Shown here one piece after another: positions 28,781-37,870 of a DNA stretch of 64,000 nt. Source of the stretch: Bacillota bacterium (GTDB lineage: Bacteria; Bacillota; SHA-98; UBA4971); NCBI GenBank assembly GCA_050261335.1, contig JBLNDE010000038.1, positions 6,102 through 70,101 on the forward strand, in the 5' to 3' direction. The notes beneath the pieces were generated by a model. The model was not told the origin of the DNA. It saw nothing but the letters and a program-made list of their open reading frames with translations, and did not search any database. The first letter of the stretch is position 1. Each line of letters starts with the position of its first letter. A program made the position numbers and the translations under genes.

Positions 28781-29074
28781 TTGATTGCGTGCAGAGTGGT
28801 GGGCACCGTGGTGTGCACGAGAAAGGACGAAAAGCTCGTGGGCTCGAAGCTTCAGATCGTGGAGCCGATAGCCCTAGCAGACCAGTCCGCCGATGGCAAG
28901 CCCCTCGTGGCCGTCGACACGGTCGGCGCGGGCGAAGGGGAGATCGTGCTTGTCGTGAGCGGGAGCTCCGCGCGCCAGACGTCGCGGACCCAGAACACGC
29001 CGGTTGACGCGGTCATAATGGCGATCGTGGACTCCATCGAAATGGACAGTAAGCTGGTCTATCGAAAGGGTTGA
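28781..29074 (+). CDS. BMC-P vertex protein (EutN/CcmL family)
   Basis: VVGTVVCTRK, VAVDTVGAGEGE, GSSAR, PVDAVIMAIVD; TTG start. Confidence 0.92.
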   Translation: MIACRVVGTVVCTRKDEKLVGSKLQIVEPIALADQSADGKPLVAVDTVGAGEGEIVLVVSGSSARQTSRTQNTPVDAVIMAIVDSIEMDSKLVYRKG

Positions 29075-29168
29075 GGAATTGCGGGGTTCCTCCGGGTGCG
29101 CGCGTCCGTCTGAAGGGCTTCGCCAGTGGGCCTGCAAGGCGGACCGAGGTCCCGCGGGTGGTGCGAAG

Positions 29169-30578
29169 ATGGCATCGGGAGCAGCACAGGACGTCATACA
29201 AGCCATAAGAGATGCAGGTGTCGTAGGGGCGGGTGGGGCAGGGTTTCCAACGCACGTCAAGCTCTCCGCGACTGTGGACACGGTAATCGCAAACGGCGCG
29301 GAATGTGAGCCTCTGCTTGGAGCGGATCAGGCCGTGATGACGATCGAGCCTGCCACAGTTCTGGCAGGCCTGAAGATCGCCATGAAAGCCACAGGAGCCA
29401 AACGGGGCTACGTGGCTGTCAAAAGGAACCATGAGACGGCGTTCCGCGCGATAGCGGAGGTTGCCAGGGACGAAGACGGGATCGATGCGTTTGCCCTGGA
29501 CGACGTGTACCCCATCGGTGACGAACACGCGCTTGTCCACGAGGTGACCGGCAGGTACGTTCCCGAAGGGGGCCTGCCCCTCGAGGCAGGGGTGGTGGTC
29601 AGCAACGTGGCCACCCTGGCGAATGTCGCTGATGCTGTCAGTGGACGCCCGGTGACCTCCCGCTACGTCACCGTCGCCGGGGCAGTCGCACGGCCAGTTA
29701 CTGCGCGGTTTCCGATAGGCACCCCGGTGGTGGATGCAATCGCATTTGCAGGCGGGCCGCAGGTGGAGCGTTACAGGGTTGTAACGGGCGGGCCGGTCAT
29801 GGGCAAACTCGCGCCTGACACATCAGCGGTGGTGACCAAGCTGACAGGCGGGATCATCGTGCTTCCCGCGGACCACCCGCTGGTGAAGATGCGTGAGGAG
29901 GACATCGCGATCATTATCAGGCGGGCGAGGGCTGCGTGTTGCCAGTGCATGAGCTGCACTGAGACATGCCCGCGGCATCTCTTGGGCCACAGGATAGCCC
30001 CTCACCTAATCATGCGCGCAGTGAGCATGGGGCCTGGAGTACCGCCCGATGTGATTGCCGGTGCGTGGCTGTGTTCTGAGTGCGCGGTGTGCGCCACCGT
30101 CGGGTGTCCCTCGGGGCTGTCGCCGGTCAGAATCAATCAGGCTCTCAAGCAGTCCATGGCAAGGAAGGGAATGAAGAACCCTTACCACGAGAGCCAGATC
30201 GCGGCCCATCCGCTCCGAGAGGCCAGGCGCGTACCTTCATCCAGGATGATAACGAGAACGGGCATCGCTTCTTATGCGGCGCCCCACAGGGATGCCCTGG
30301 GCGAGGCCCGCGAGGCCGGCGAATACGAAGGAAACGCAGGGCGTGCCGAGCATACGCTCGTCACATTCACACCCGACAAGGTGAGCGTCCCACTGCTGCA
30401 GCACACCGGGGCTGCGGCGATGCCGTGCGTCAGGCCGGGCGATGAGGTCAGTGAGGGCGAACCCATTGGCGAAATCCCTGCCGGGAAGTTGGGGGCAAGG
30501 GTCCATGCGAGTATCTCAGGGACAGTCACCGAGGTTGGGGATGCGATAACGATAGTAGCCAGGAGGGGCAGACGATGA
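29169..30578 (+). CDS. pduS: PduS-like flavin/Fe-S oxidoreductase (RnfC-related)
   Basis: GVVGAGGAGFPTHVK, NGAECEPLL, CCQCMSCTETCP, CSECAVC...CP, C-terminal HASISG. Confidence 0.85.
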   Translation: MASGAAQDVIQAIRDAGVVGAGGAGFPTHVKLSATVDTVIANGAECEPLLGADQAVMTIEPATVLAGLKIAMKATGAKRGYVAVKRNHETAFRAIAEVARDEDGIDAFALDDVYPIGDEHALVHEVTGRYVPEGGLPLEAGVVVSNVATLANVADAVSGRPVTSRYVTVAGAVARPVTARFPIGTPVVDAIAFAGGPQVERYRVVTGGPVMGKLAPDTSAVVTKLTGGIIVLPADHPLVKMREEDIAIIIRRARAACCQCMSCTETCPRHLLGHRIAPHLIMRAVSMGPGVPPDVIAGAWLCSECAVCATVGCPSGLSPVRINQALKQSMARKGMKNPYHESQIAAHPLREARRVPSSRMITRTGIASYAAPHRDALGEAREAGEYEGNAGRAEHTLVTFTPDKVSVPLLQHTGAAAMPCVRPGDEVSEGEPIGEIPAGKLGARVHASISGTVTEVGDAITIVARRGRR

Positions 30579-31033
30579 GGATAGTAATCGGCAGCGACCA
30601 CGGAGGATTCGAGCTGAAAGAAGACATCAAGGCCTACCTGGCAGAATTTGGCCACGAATGCGTGGACTATGGAACGTATAGCAAGGAGTCCGTGGACTAC
30701 CCCGACTTCGCCTTTCTCGTGGCCGAGGCGGTGGCCAGGGGGATCTTCGAGCGCGGCATCATAGTGGACGGGGCGGGCGTTGGCTCCGCCATGGCGGCGA
30801 ACAAGGTGCCGGGCGTGAGGTGCGCCCCGTGCCAGGACATATACACGGCCAGGAATAGCCGCGAGCACAACGACGCGAACGTGCTGGCCCTGGGGGACAG
30901 GGTCGTGGGTAAGGGTGTGGCCAGGGATATCGTGAAGACCTGGCTTGCAACGGAATTCGCCGGGGGAAGGCATCTCCGCCGCGTGAACAAGATCATGGAC
31001 ATCGAACGCAGGTTCCTTTCGAGGGGCGAGTAA
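30575..31033 (+). CDS. rpiB: Ribose-5-phosphate isomerase B
   Basis: GSDHGG, SVDYPD, DGAGVGS, ANKVPG, REHNDANVL, FAGGRHLRRV. Confidence 0.92.
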   Translation: MRIVIGSDHGGFELKEDIKAYLAEFGHECVDYGTYSKESVDYPDFAFLVAEAVARGIFERGIIVDGAGVGSAMAANKVPGVRCAPCQDIYTARNSREHNDANVLALGDRVVGKGVARDIVKTWLATEFAGGRHLRRVNKIMDIERRFLSRGE

Positions 31034-31130
31034 GCTCAAGCGACTGAATGAGCGTCGCCAGACCAGCGCGACGCGGAGCAGAAGCGGCAACGCAGGGATC
31101 TCCCCATGGATGCGGTGTGAGGTGAGAGCC

Positions 31131-31430
31131 ATGTTCATCGCGAGAGTGGTTGGCAAGATAGTTGCGACTCGCAAGGATGCGAACCTGGAAGGCGTCAAGC
31201 TGCTCGTCATCGAACCGCTGAAACGAGACGGCACCGCCTGCGGCAAACCGCTGATTGCCGCGGACAGTGTGGGGGCTGGCCCAGGGGATATAGTGCATGC
31301 CGTGAAGGGAAGGGAGGCATCCTTTCCGCTTCCCAGGGCTGGCGCTCCTGTTGACGTGGCCATCGTCGGCATAGTGGATGATGTGCATTGTGATCCCGCC
31401 GGCTATGAGGTTCTGCCGGCGAACGGGTGA
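31131..31430 (+). CDS. BMC-P vertex protein (EutN/CcmL family)
   Basis: ARVVGKIVATRK, AADSVGAGPGD, GREA, PVDVAIVGIVD. Confidence 0.9.
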   Translation: MFIARVVGKIVATRKDANLEGVKLLVIEPLKRDGTACGKPLIAADSVGAGPGDIVHAVKGREASFPLPRAGAPVDVAIVGIVDDVHCDPAGYEVLPANG

Positions 31431-31485
31431 AACGCGCTGCCCAAGTCGAGCTGGCCCAGGTGGCTGACGCGGTTGAGGTGAGGCT

Positions 31486-31773
31486 GTGGTAATCGGAAGG
31501 GTGGTTGGGTCGGTCGTTGCGACCCAGAAGAACGAAAGTCTTGTCGGGTCCAAGATGCTTCTCGTACAGCCGCTGGACCCCGACGGCATTGATTACGGTC
31601 AGGAAATCCTGGCTATCGATACCCAGGATGCTGGCCCCGGCGACACCGTCCTCGTCGTGAGCGAGGGCAATTCCTCACGGCAAGCTATGGGGAAGAGCGA
31701 CGCGCCTGTGGACTCCGTTATCATTGGTGTCGTTGATACGATTCGTGTGTCACGGAATCGCGAAGGGAGGTAG
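31486..31773 (+). CDS. BMC-P vertex protein (EutN/CcmL family)
   Basis: GRVVGSVVATQK, AIDTQDAGPGD, GNSSR, PVDSVIIGVVD. Confidence 0.92.
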   Translation: MVIGRVVGSVVATQKNESLVGSKMLLVQPLDPDGIDYGQEILAIDTQDAGPGDTVLVVSEGNSSRQAMGKSDAPVDSVIIGVVDTIRVSRNREGR

Positions 31774-31827
31774 GCTGTATCCGGCCCGGGCAGCGAGGGG
31801 CGGACGGGCGGGATACAGTGAGGTCCT

Positions 31828-33546
31828 ATGGGAATCGACGAATTGATCGAGAGAGTCACCGACGAGGTGATAGCTGAGATGAGAAGACGCGGCGAGATCC
31901 CAGCGAGCTCGGGGTCGGCGACGAAGCCGTTGCCGCCTGCTGCGGCCTCTCCGGTATCGTCCGCTTGGGCATGGACGTGCGTCCCACGTGTGCTGGTGGT
32001 CCTGGCGGGAGCGGGCGACGGCGCCTCCCTTGAAAACGGGCTGGCCCAGTTGGGGAGGATCGGCGATTCCGGGTTGTCCGTGGCGTGCCTCGTATCGGAC
32101 GAAACGAGGGGAACCTGCGGGGAGGACACTGTGACGCGCATCCTCGGTCCGGTTTCGTTCGTGGGCGAGCACGATGCCATCGTGTCGGCCGCATGCGCTG
32201 ATATCGTGGTGATCCCGGTGCTTCCCTTGCACGTTGCGGCGCGAGTGGCGCTGCTTACGGGGGGCGACGTAATCACCAGGGCTGTTGTCGCGGCGCTCTT
32301 GGGGGGCAGGCGAGTTTATGCCGCTGCCGACTCTATCCTCCCTGCCGCGGCCGGCCATGTCGACGGCGTGACGTGGGCTGGGTCTGGAGATAGTGCCGGG
32401 GTATCCGCTTCCGTCCCCGCGCGCTCTGGCGCCATCAGAGAAAGTGCAGCGCAGAGCCGACACAACTTCGCCGTGTGCCGGCAGGTGGACGAGTACCTCA
32501 AAAGACTACGCGAATATGGCGTCATTCTGGTCGGCGCCAAGGATCTCGGGCGTGAGGTGGAGCGCGGGCTTCGCGTAATCGGGTTTGGGCCCGCAGGTTC
32601 CGTGCCAGGCTTTCCTGGGATGCACGGGGCTCATGGAGTGGAAACACCGACGCCGCATCGTACGGAAGCAGGCAGCGTCGCGTTCGCCGCGGCAGCAAAC
32701 GCTTCGCCCAGGGCTGGCGTGGATGCCGGAACCAGGTCTGCGGCCGGGGCGGTCAGCACGAACTCGACATGCTCGAGACTGTCTGGTGAGTGCTCGGCGT
32801 GCGGGAGGTGTGTTGAGGAGAATCCCGGGGGGACGGCGAGTATCGTTGAGGCCGGCGCGTCCCGAGTTGGCGCCGCGCCAGGCATCGGGGCTGTCTCGAG
32901 CGACCTGGCCGCCATGATAGACCACACGCTTCTCAAGCCCGATGCTACGAGAGACCAGGTCATCAAGTTGTGCGAGGAGGCCAAGCAGTACAGGTTTGCA
33001 TCGGTGTGCGTGAACCCCGCCAACGTGAGCCTTGCTGCTGGGCTGCTTAAGGGCACACCGGTCAAGGTATGCACGGTCATAGGCTTCCCCCTGGGGGCGA
33101 CGACTCCGACCGCCAAGGCCATGGAAACGCGTGACGCGATAGCCAACGGTGCGACCGAGGTAGACATGGTCATCAATGTCGGGGCTCTCAAGTCCGGGGA
33201 TTACGACCTCGTCAAACGCGACATTGAGGCCGTTGCCGAGGCAGCCCGCGGCAGAGCGCTGGTCAAGGTGATCCTCGAGACGGCGCTCCTGACAGACGAG
33301 GAAAAGGTGAAGGCGTGCCTGCTCGCAAAACTGGCGGGCGCGGACTTCGTGAAGACCTCGACAGGCTTCGGTCCTGGCGGCGCCACTGTCGAGGACGTGC
33401 GGCTCATGCGCAAGGTGGTCGGCGCCGACATGGGAGTGAAGGCAGCGGGCGGGATCAGAACTCTTGAAACCGCCCGGAAGATGGTCGAAGCAGGTGCCTC
33501 ACGCATCGGCGCCAGCGCCAGTGTGGCGATCGTGAAGGGGCAGTAG
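31828..33546 (+). CDS. deoC: Deoxyribose-phosphate aldolase with an N-terminal extension of about 355 aa
   Basis: C-terminal [51 protein letters not shown]. Confidence 0.92.
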   Translation: MGIDELIERVTDEVIAEMRRRGEIPASSGSATKPLPPAAASPVSSAWAWTCVPRVLVVLAGAGDGASLENGLAQLGRIGDSGLSVACLVSDETRGTCGEDTVTRILGPVSFVGEHDAIVSAACADIVVIPVLPLHVAARVALLTGGDVITRAVVAALLGGRRVYAAADSILPAAAGHVDGVTWAGSGDSAGVSASVPARSGAIRESAAQSRHNFAVCRQVDEYLKRLREYGVILVGAKDLGREVERGLRVIGFGPAGSVPGFPGMHGAHGVETPTPHRTEAGSVAFAAAANASPRAGVDAGTRSAAGAVSTNSTCSRLSGECSACGRCVEENPGGTASIVEAGASRVGAAPGIGAVSSDLAAMIDHTLLKPDATRDQVIKLCEEAKQYRFASVCVNPANVSLAAGLLKGTPVKVCTVIGFPLGATTPTAKAMETRDAIANGATEVDMVINVGALKSGDYDLVKRDIEAVAEAARGRALVKVILETALLTDEEKVKACLLAKLAGADFVKTSTGFGPGGATVEDVRLMRKVVGADMGVKAAGGIRTLETARKMVEAGASRIGASASVAIVKGQ

Positions 33547-33742
33547 GAAGGGGCGTGCGTGTAGTGATTATGGCACGAAAGGGCTTCCAACGAGGTTGTC
33601 CCGTTCGTCGTGGAAACTCGCGTAGCGCACCCTCGCTTGGTTTTTCATGCGTTTGCTGCCTCGCTCGTGGTGGCGTTGAGAATCTCGCTCTTGGGGCGCA
33701 TCCGCAGGAGCGGTAATTCTCGGTAGCGTGCCACGCGCCGGA

Positions 33743-33964
33743 ACCGTTGATATCGATGCCGAGCGCACAAACCACTGTGTGCTCTGCCACCACGACCCCA
33801 TCGATGTATGGCACCACCAGGTCAATCCCATCCAGGGGCTTGTCGAGAAGTTCGGCCAGCGCCTCCGGCGTCACTCGGGCAAACCTGCGGCTTATCGAAC
33901 CTTTGGAGATGCCGGATGCCACCACGTATTTCAGACGTTGCCGGTATTCCTTCTCGCCTCCCAT
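33743..33964 (-). mobile_element. IS256-family transposase remnant
   Basis: GISKGSISRRF...LLDKPL..IDLVV.YIDG....HTVVCALGIDING; truncated at both ends. Confidence 0.65.
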
Positions 33965-34263
33965 AACTACCTCGGGTTACCTACAGGCTATCTCCTTTCA
34001 GAAGGTGACCACTGTCAGCCGATCTAGGCGCTTCTTCCCAGGGCCTCTCCACGGTTGCTGAGCCGTCGGGCTGGTGGCACGAGGCTTCTCTCGCAGGCCG
34101 GCCAGGCCGGGCCGTCCGCACGAGCTGTTTGACCTTGTCCACCGGTCCACCTCCTTTAGTGGTTCATGTCGCTGTGCCTCCTGACAGAGATGCCCCTCAT
34201 CGTCAAGCAGTGGCGAGTACAGTTTTTGTGATGGCAAGGCAGGAATTCCGCGATCCGCATAGA

Positions 34264-34300
34264 ATTCCTATATGGCGAACGATGTTCTGATATGCGGAAC
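34264..34300. promoter_or_regulatory. Two 17-bp imperfect palindromes (RTTC-N9-GAAC), candidate IclR operators
   Basis: attcctatatggcgaac (34264) and gttctgatatgcggaac (34284), 20 bp apart, just upstream of the IclR gene. Confidence 0.45.
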
Positions 34301-34311
34301 GAGGTGTAACT

Positions 34312-35142
34312 ATGAATGCCGGACCTGATGGGAAAGGCACCCTTCGCATCGCTGACCGGATCTTTGACGTGCTAGAATGCTTCACTGGGGATCGCCGCGA
34401 GTGGGGCGTGACCGAACTAGCCAATCATCTGGGCATGCATAGGAGCGTCACCCACCGAATCCTCTCTTCTCTCGTTGCCCGCGGCTACGTGCGGCGCAAC
34501 CCCCATACCAGGACATACACCCTCGGACTCAGGTGTCTCGACCTCGGATATACAGTTCTGGAGAGAATCGACGTCAGAACCGTGGCTCTTCCCCACATGA
34601 GGGACCTGGTCAGGACAATCAACGAGACGGTGATGCTCCACATTGTCGACGGGGATCAGGCCTTGTGTATCGGGAAGGTTGAGAGCTCACAGGGTCTCAA
34701 GTGTACCTCCAGGCTCGGAAGCCGCGTCCCTCTTCATGCGGGGGCCGTCACCAAGCTGCTTCTGGCTTACCTTCCCGAGGAGCAGGTGGAGGGTATCCTC
34801 TCCCGCCCGCTGAAACGGTTCACTGAGTATACAGTTACCGACCCAGCAGTACTCCGCGCCCAACTTCAGGAGATTCGTCGCAAGGGCTATTGCGTGACCG
34901 CGCAGGAAGTGGACCTCGGGTCCATAGGGCCGGCGGCCCCCATCCGGGACCACACCGGGACCGTGATAGCTTCGATGAGCGTGTCCGCACCCATGTTCCG
35001 GATGCCTGACGAGAAGCTGAATCAAGTAGTCCAGCTCCTTCTGGCTACGGTGGATCAGGTGTCAAGGGAGCTAGGGTATCGCGGGCAGACTTGTGACAGT
35101 GCCCGTGAAACTGCTATTTCACTTGGAGAGACCCAAGACTGA
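34312..35142 (+). CDS. IclR family transcriptional regulator
   Basis: GVTELANHLGMHRSVTHRILSSL HTH, INETV, PLHAGA..K.LLA, IRRKGY, AAPI. Confidence 0.92.
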   Translation: MNAGPDGKGTLRIADRIFDVLECFTGDRREWGVTELANHLGMHRSVTHRILSSLVARGYVRRNPHTRTYTLGLRCLDLGYTVLERIDVRTVALPHMRDLVRTINETVMLHIVDGDQALCIGKVESSQGLKCTSRLGSRVPLHAGAVTKLLLAYLPEEQVEGILSRPLKRFTEYTVTDPAVLRAQLQEIRRKGYCVTAQEVDLGSIGPAAPIRDHTGTVIASMSVSAPMFRMPDEKLNQVVQLLLATVDQVSRELGYRGQTCDSARETAISLGETQD

Positions 35143-35171
35143 TTGGCCGCCCGGCAGGGCGATACCATGCG

Positions 35172-36572
35172 GTGATGAGCACCGAGACGGAGGGGCGTTC
35201 CGTGGATGTGAAGGAAGAGGTAGGGGACAGGCCCGCGGACGTTGATCTTCTAGTAAGTGCGGATGAGATGCTCATCGGCGACTGCGATATAGCGCAGAAC
35301 ATGGCTGTCGCTATCCGGGGCGGGCGCATTGTCGACATGGGCCCACGCGGGGACATCGCAAGGAAGTACAGGGCGCGAGAGACTGTCGACGGCTGCGCGA
35401 AGCTTCTGATGCCCGGCCTCATTGACGCTCACACGCATGTGTGCCAGCAGCTTCTCCGTGGAAGGCTCTTCAACGAACGACCCATGATCTGGACCAGGAT
35501 ACTGGTCCCCTTCGAGAGCAACCTGAGACCTGATGAAGTCCATGCCGGAGCGATGCTCGCAGGAGTCGAGATGATCCGCGCAGGGATAACCTGCTTTGCC
35601 GATTCCGGCGGGCCGCACATGGACCAGGTCGCCGAGGCAATGATAGAACTCGGCCTGAGGGCTGTCTTGTCTCGCTCAACCATGGACACCGGAGACGTCA
35701 TCCCGGCGTCGATGAAGGAATCCACCGACGACGCGATCTCCAGAACTGAGGAACTCCACGCGAAGTATGACGGAGCTGGGGATGGCAGAATCCGAATCTG
35801 GTTCTCGCTCCGGCAAGTCATGACGTCCACCCCCGAGCTGGTCGTGGGAGTCCTCGAAAAGGCGAAAGAGAAGGACACCGGCATCCATATCCATCTCGCG
35901 GAACACCGCGGCGAAGTGGACCATTGTCTTGTCAGATATGGCAAGAGGCCCGCCGAATGGCTGGACGACATGGGTGTGGTCGGCGACCGGCTGCTAGCGG
36001 CCCACTCGGTTCTCCTTGCTGACCGGGAAATCAGAATGCTCGCGGAACGGGGCGCTCACCCGGTGCACTGTCCGAGGGCGAACCTCCAGAGCCACGGATT
36101 CCCTAAAGCCACGCTCTTTCGGGAATTTGGCGCCCAGGTCGGGATGGGCAGCGACGGCGCGGCTGGGGGTCCACTGGATCTCTTCTCGAGCATGCGACTA
36201 CTCCACTTGGCCTCTCTCAGCTACTTCGGCCTTCCTGTGCACGACGCGACGGCAATGACCGCCCGGGACCTGATCGGCTTCGTGACCTCGGGAGGGGCGG
36301 CGGCCGTGCGCATGTCGGATATGATCGGATCGATTGAGAAAGGTAAAGCGGCCGACCTCATTCTTATAGACCTGCACCACTCTCATCTCTTTCCAATCAC
36401 GCCCACCATGGATTCATATGTGAGCTTCATCCAAGCAGCGGATGTCAGTGATGTCATCGTTGCTGGTAGCGTCCTGATGCGCGACCGGCAGATCCTCTGC
36501 GTGGACGAGGAGCGTGTGATGGCGAGAGCACTGGAAGCTCGCGAATCTGTGTTTCGGAGGGCCAGTCTCTGA
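35172..36572 (+). CDS. Amidohydrolase (MtaD/SsnA-like nucleoside or base deaminase)
   Basis: PGLIDAHTH, HIHLAE, AAHSV, HCPRAN, GSDG, GSIEKGKAAD. Confidence 0.88.
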   Translation: MMSTETEGRSVDVKEEVGDRPADVDLLVSADEMLIGDCDIAQNMAVAIRGGRIVDMGPRGDIARKYRARETVDGCAKLLMPGLIDAHTHVCQQLLRGRLFNERPMIWTRILVPFESNLRPDEVHAGAMLAGVEMIRAGITCFADSGGPHMDQVAEAMIELGLRAVLSRSTMDTGDVIPASMKESTDDAISRTEELHAKYDGAGDGRIRIWFSLRQVMTSTPELVVGVLEKAKEKDTGIHIHLAEHRGEVDHCLVRYGKRPAEWLDDMGVVGDRLLAAHSVLLADREIRMLAERGAHPVHCPRANLQSHGFPKATLFREFGAQVGMGSDGAAGGPLDLFSSMRLLHLASLSYFGLPVHDATAMTARDLIGFVTSGGAAAVRMSDMIGSIEKGKAADLILIDLHHSHLFPITPTMDSYVSFIQAADVSDVIVAGSVLMRDRQILCVDEERVMARALEARESVFRRASL

Positions 36573-36719
36573 AGTGTGCGTTCCCCCGTGAACGTGGAGG
36601 TCACCGTGCAATTCAAGGGGGTGATCATTGCACAGGAGAAAGGCGGACTCATCCACTGGTTGGTTTGTTGTCCAGGTCGCAACAGGAGTTCGTCAAGATG
36701 CAAGGGAGGGTAACATACT

Positions 36720-37796
36720 ATGTCTCGTCGTACACTGTCGCTTTTTCTGGCTGCAGTCATGGTATTTGCATTGGTCTTCGATGTCGCTGGTGCGGCGGCC
36801 GCGTTAAAGGCCAAGAGGTACAAAGTTGGACTGCTTGTCAACTTGCTGGGTGACCGCTCTTACTGGGACTCCGCAGCCCGAGGCATCAAGTGGGCCAACG
36901 AGAAGCTTCCGAACATCGACGGTAGGGTTTTTGAGCACAAGGACACCGGCGAGATGGAACTGACTGCTCGTGCCCTCGCGGATCAGGGCTACGACATGGT
37001 CATCGTGATGGGTTGGGGTTCTGAGGACTGGGCCGCGCGTGTGGCCAAGGAATACCCGGATACCCACTTCTTCGGCGCCGCTGTGAAGCTTCCGAATCTC
37101 CCGAACACTTCTAGCGGTGACTTCCTGGAGCACGAGGGCTGTTTTACCGTGGGTATGGTGGCCGCGATGATGACCAAGACCGGCAAGGTCGGGTACATCG
37201 GCGGATCGGACAGCCCACTTCTCAATCGTTTCCGGCTTGGATATATCCAGGGCGTCAAGTACGCTAACCCGAAGGTTGAGGTAGTCACCGGGTGGGTCGG
37301 CGTGTTCAACGATCCGACGAAGGCTAAGGAGCTGGCGCTTACCCAGTACCAGGAAGGTTGCGACATCATCTTCGCCGCGGCGGGCAAGAGCGGCGAGGGT
37401 GTCCTCGCTGCCGCGGCTGAGAAGGGCAAGTACGCGATCGGTGTGGACTCTGACCAGTGCTGGATCCGGCCCGGCAACGTGATCACGAGCATGCTCAAGA
37501 GAGTTGACATGGTTGTATTTAACAAGTGCAAGCAGCTGTCCGAGGGGGCCCTCAAGACCGGCTTCGAGGCGTACGGCCTGAAGGAAGGGTTGGTTGGCGC
37601 CTGCCATCTGTATGGGGAGGACACCGAGTTCCTGGACAAAGGGCCCAAAGACATGGTTGCCAAGCTCAAGAATGAGGTAATGCCCCAGGTGCAAAAGGCT
37701 GTGGAGCGGATCAAGGCCGGCGAGTTCGGAGTGGAGGACTACATGAAGGTGTTCCCCGTCACCAAGACCCCACCGGTCGGCGGCATGATCAAGTAA
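36720..37796 (+). CDS. BMP family nucleoside ABC transporter substrate-binding protein
   Basis: Signal peptide, GDRSY, FNDPTKAKE, DIIFAAAG, IGVDSDQ, SMLKRVD. Confidence 0.92.
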   Translation: MSRRTLSLFLAAVMVFALVFDVAGAAAALKAKRYKVGLLVNLLGDRSYWDSAARGIKWANEKLPNIDGRVFEHKDTGEMELTARALADQGYDMVIVMGWGSEDWAARVAKEYPDTHFFGAAVKLPNLPNTSSGDFLEHEGCFTVGMVAAMMTKTGKVGYIGGSDSPLLNRFRLGYIQGVKYANPKVEVVTGWVGVFNDPTKAKELALTQYQEGCDIIFAAAGKSGEGVLAAAAEKGKYAIGVDSDQCWIRPGNVITSMLKRVDMVVFNKCKQLSEGALKTGFEAYGLKEGLVGACHLYGEDTEFLDKGPKDMVAKLKNEVMPQVQKAVERIKAGEFGVEDYMKVFPVTKTPPVGGMIK

Positions 37797-37819
37797 CAAC
37801 GGTTTCTCCACCGTCCGCG

Positions 37820-37841
37820 GGAGGGCGGAGCACCGCCCTCC
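37820..37841 (+). terminator. Intercistronic hairpin after the BMP gene
   Basis: GGAGGGCGG-AGCA-CCGCCCTCC perfect 9-bp stem. Confidence 0.45.
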
Positions 37842-37870
37842 TTCGGGCTCAGGTCAGGAGGTTGTAGCCA

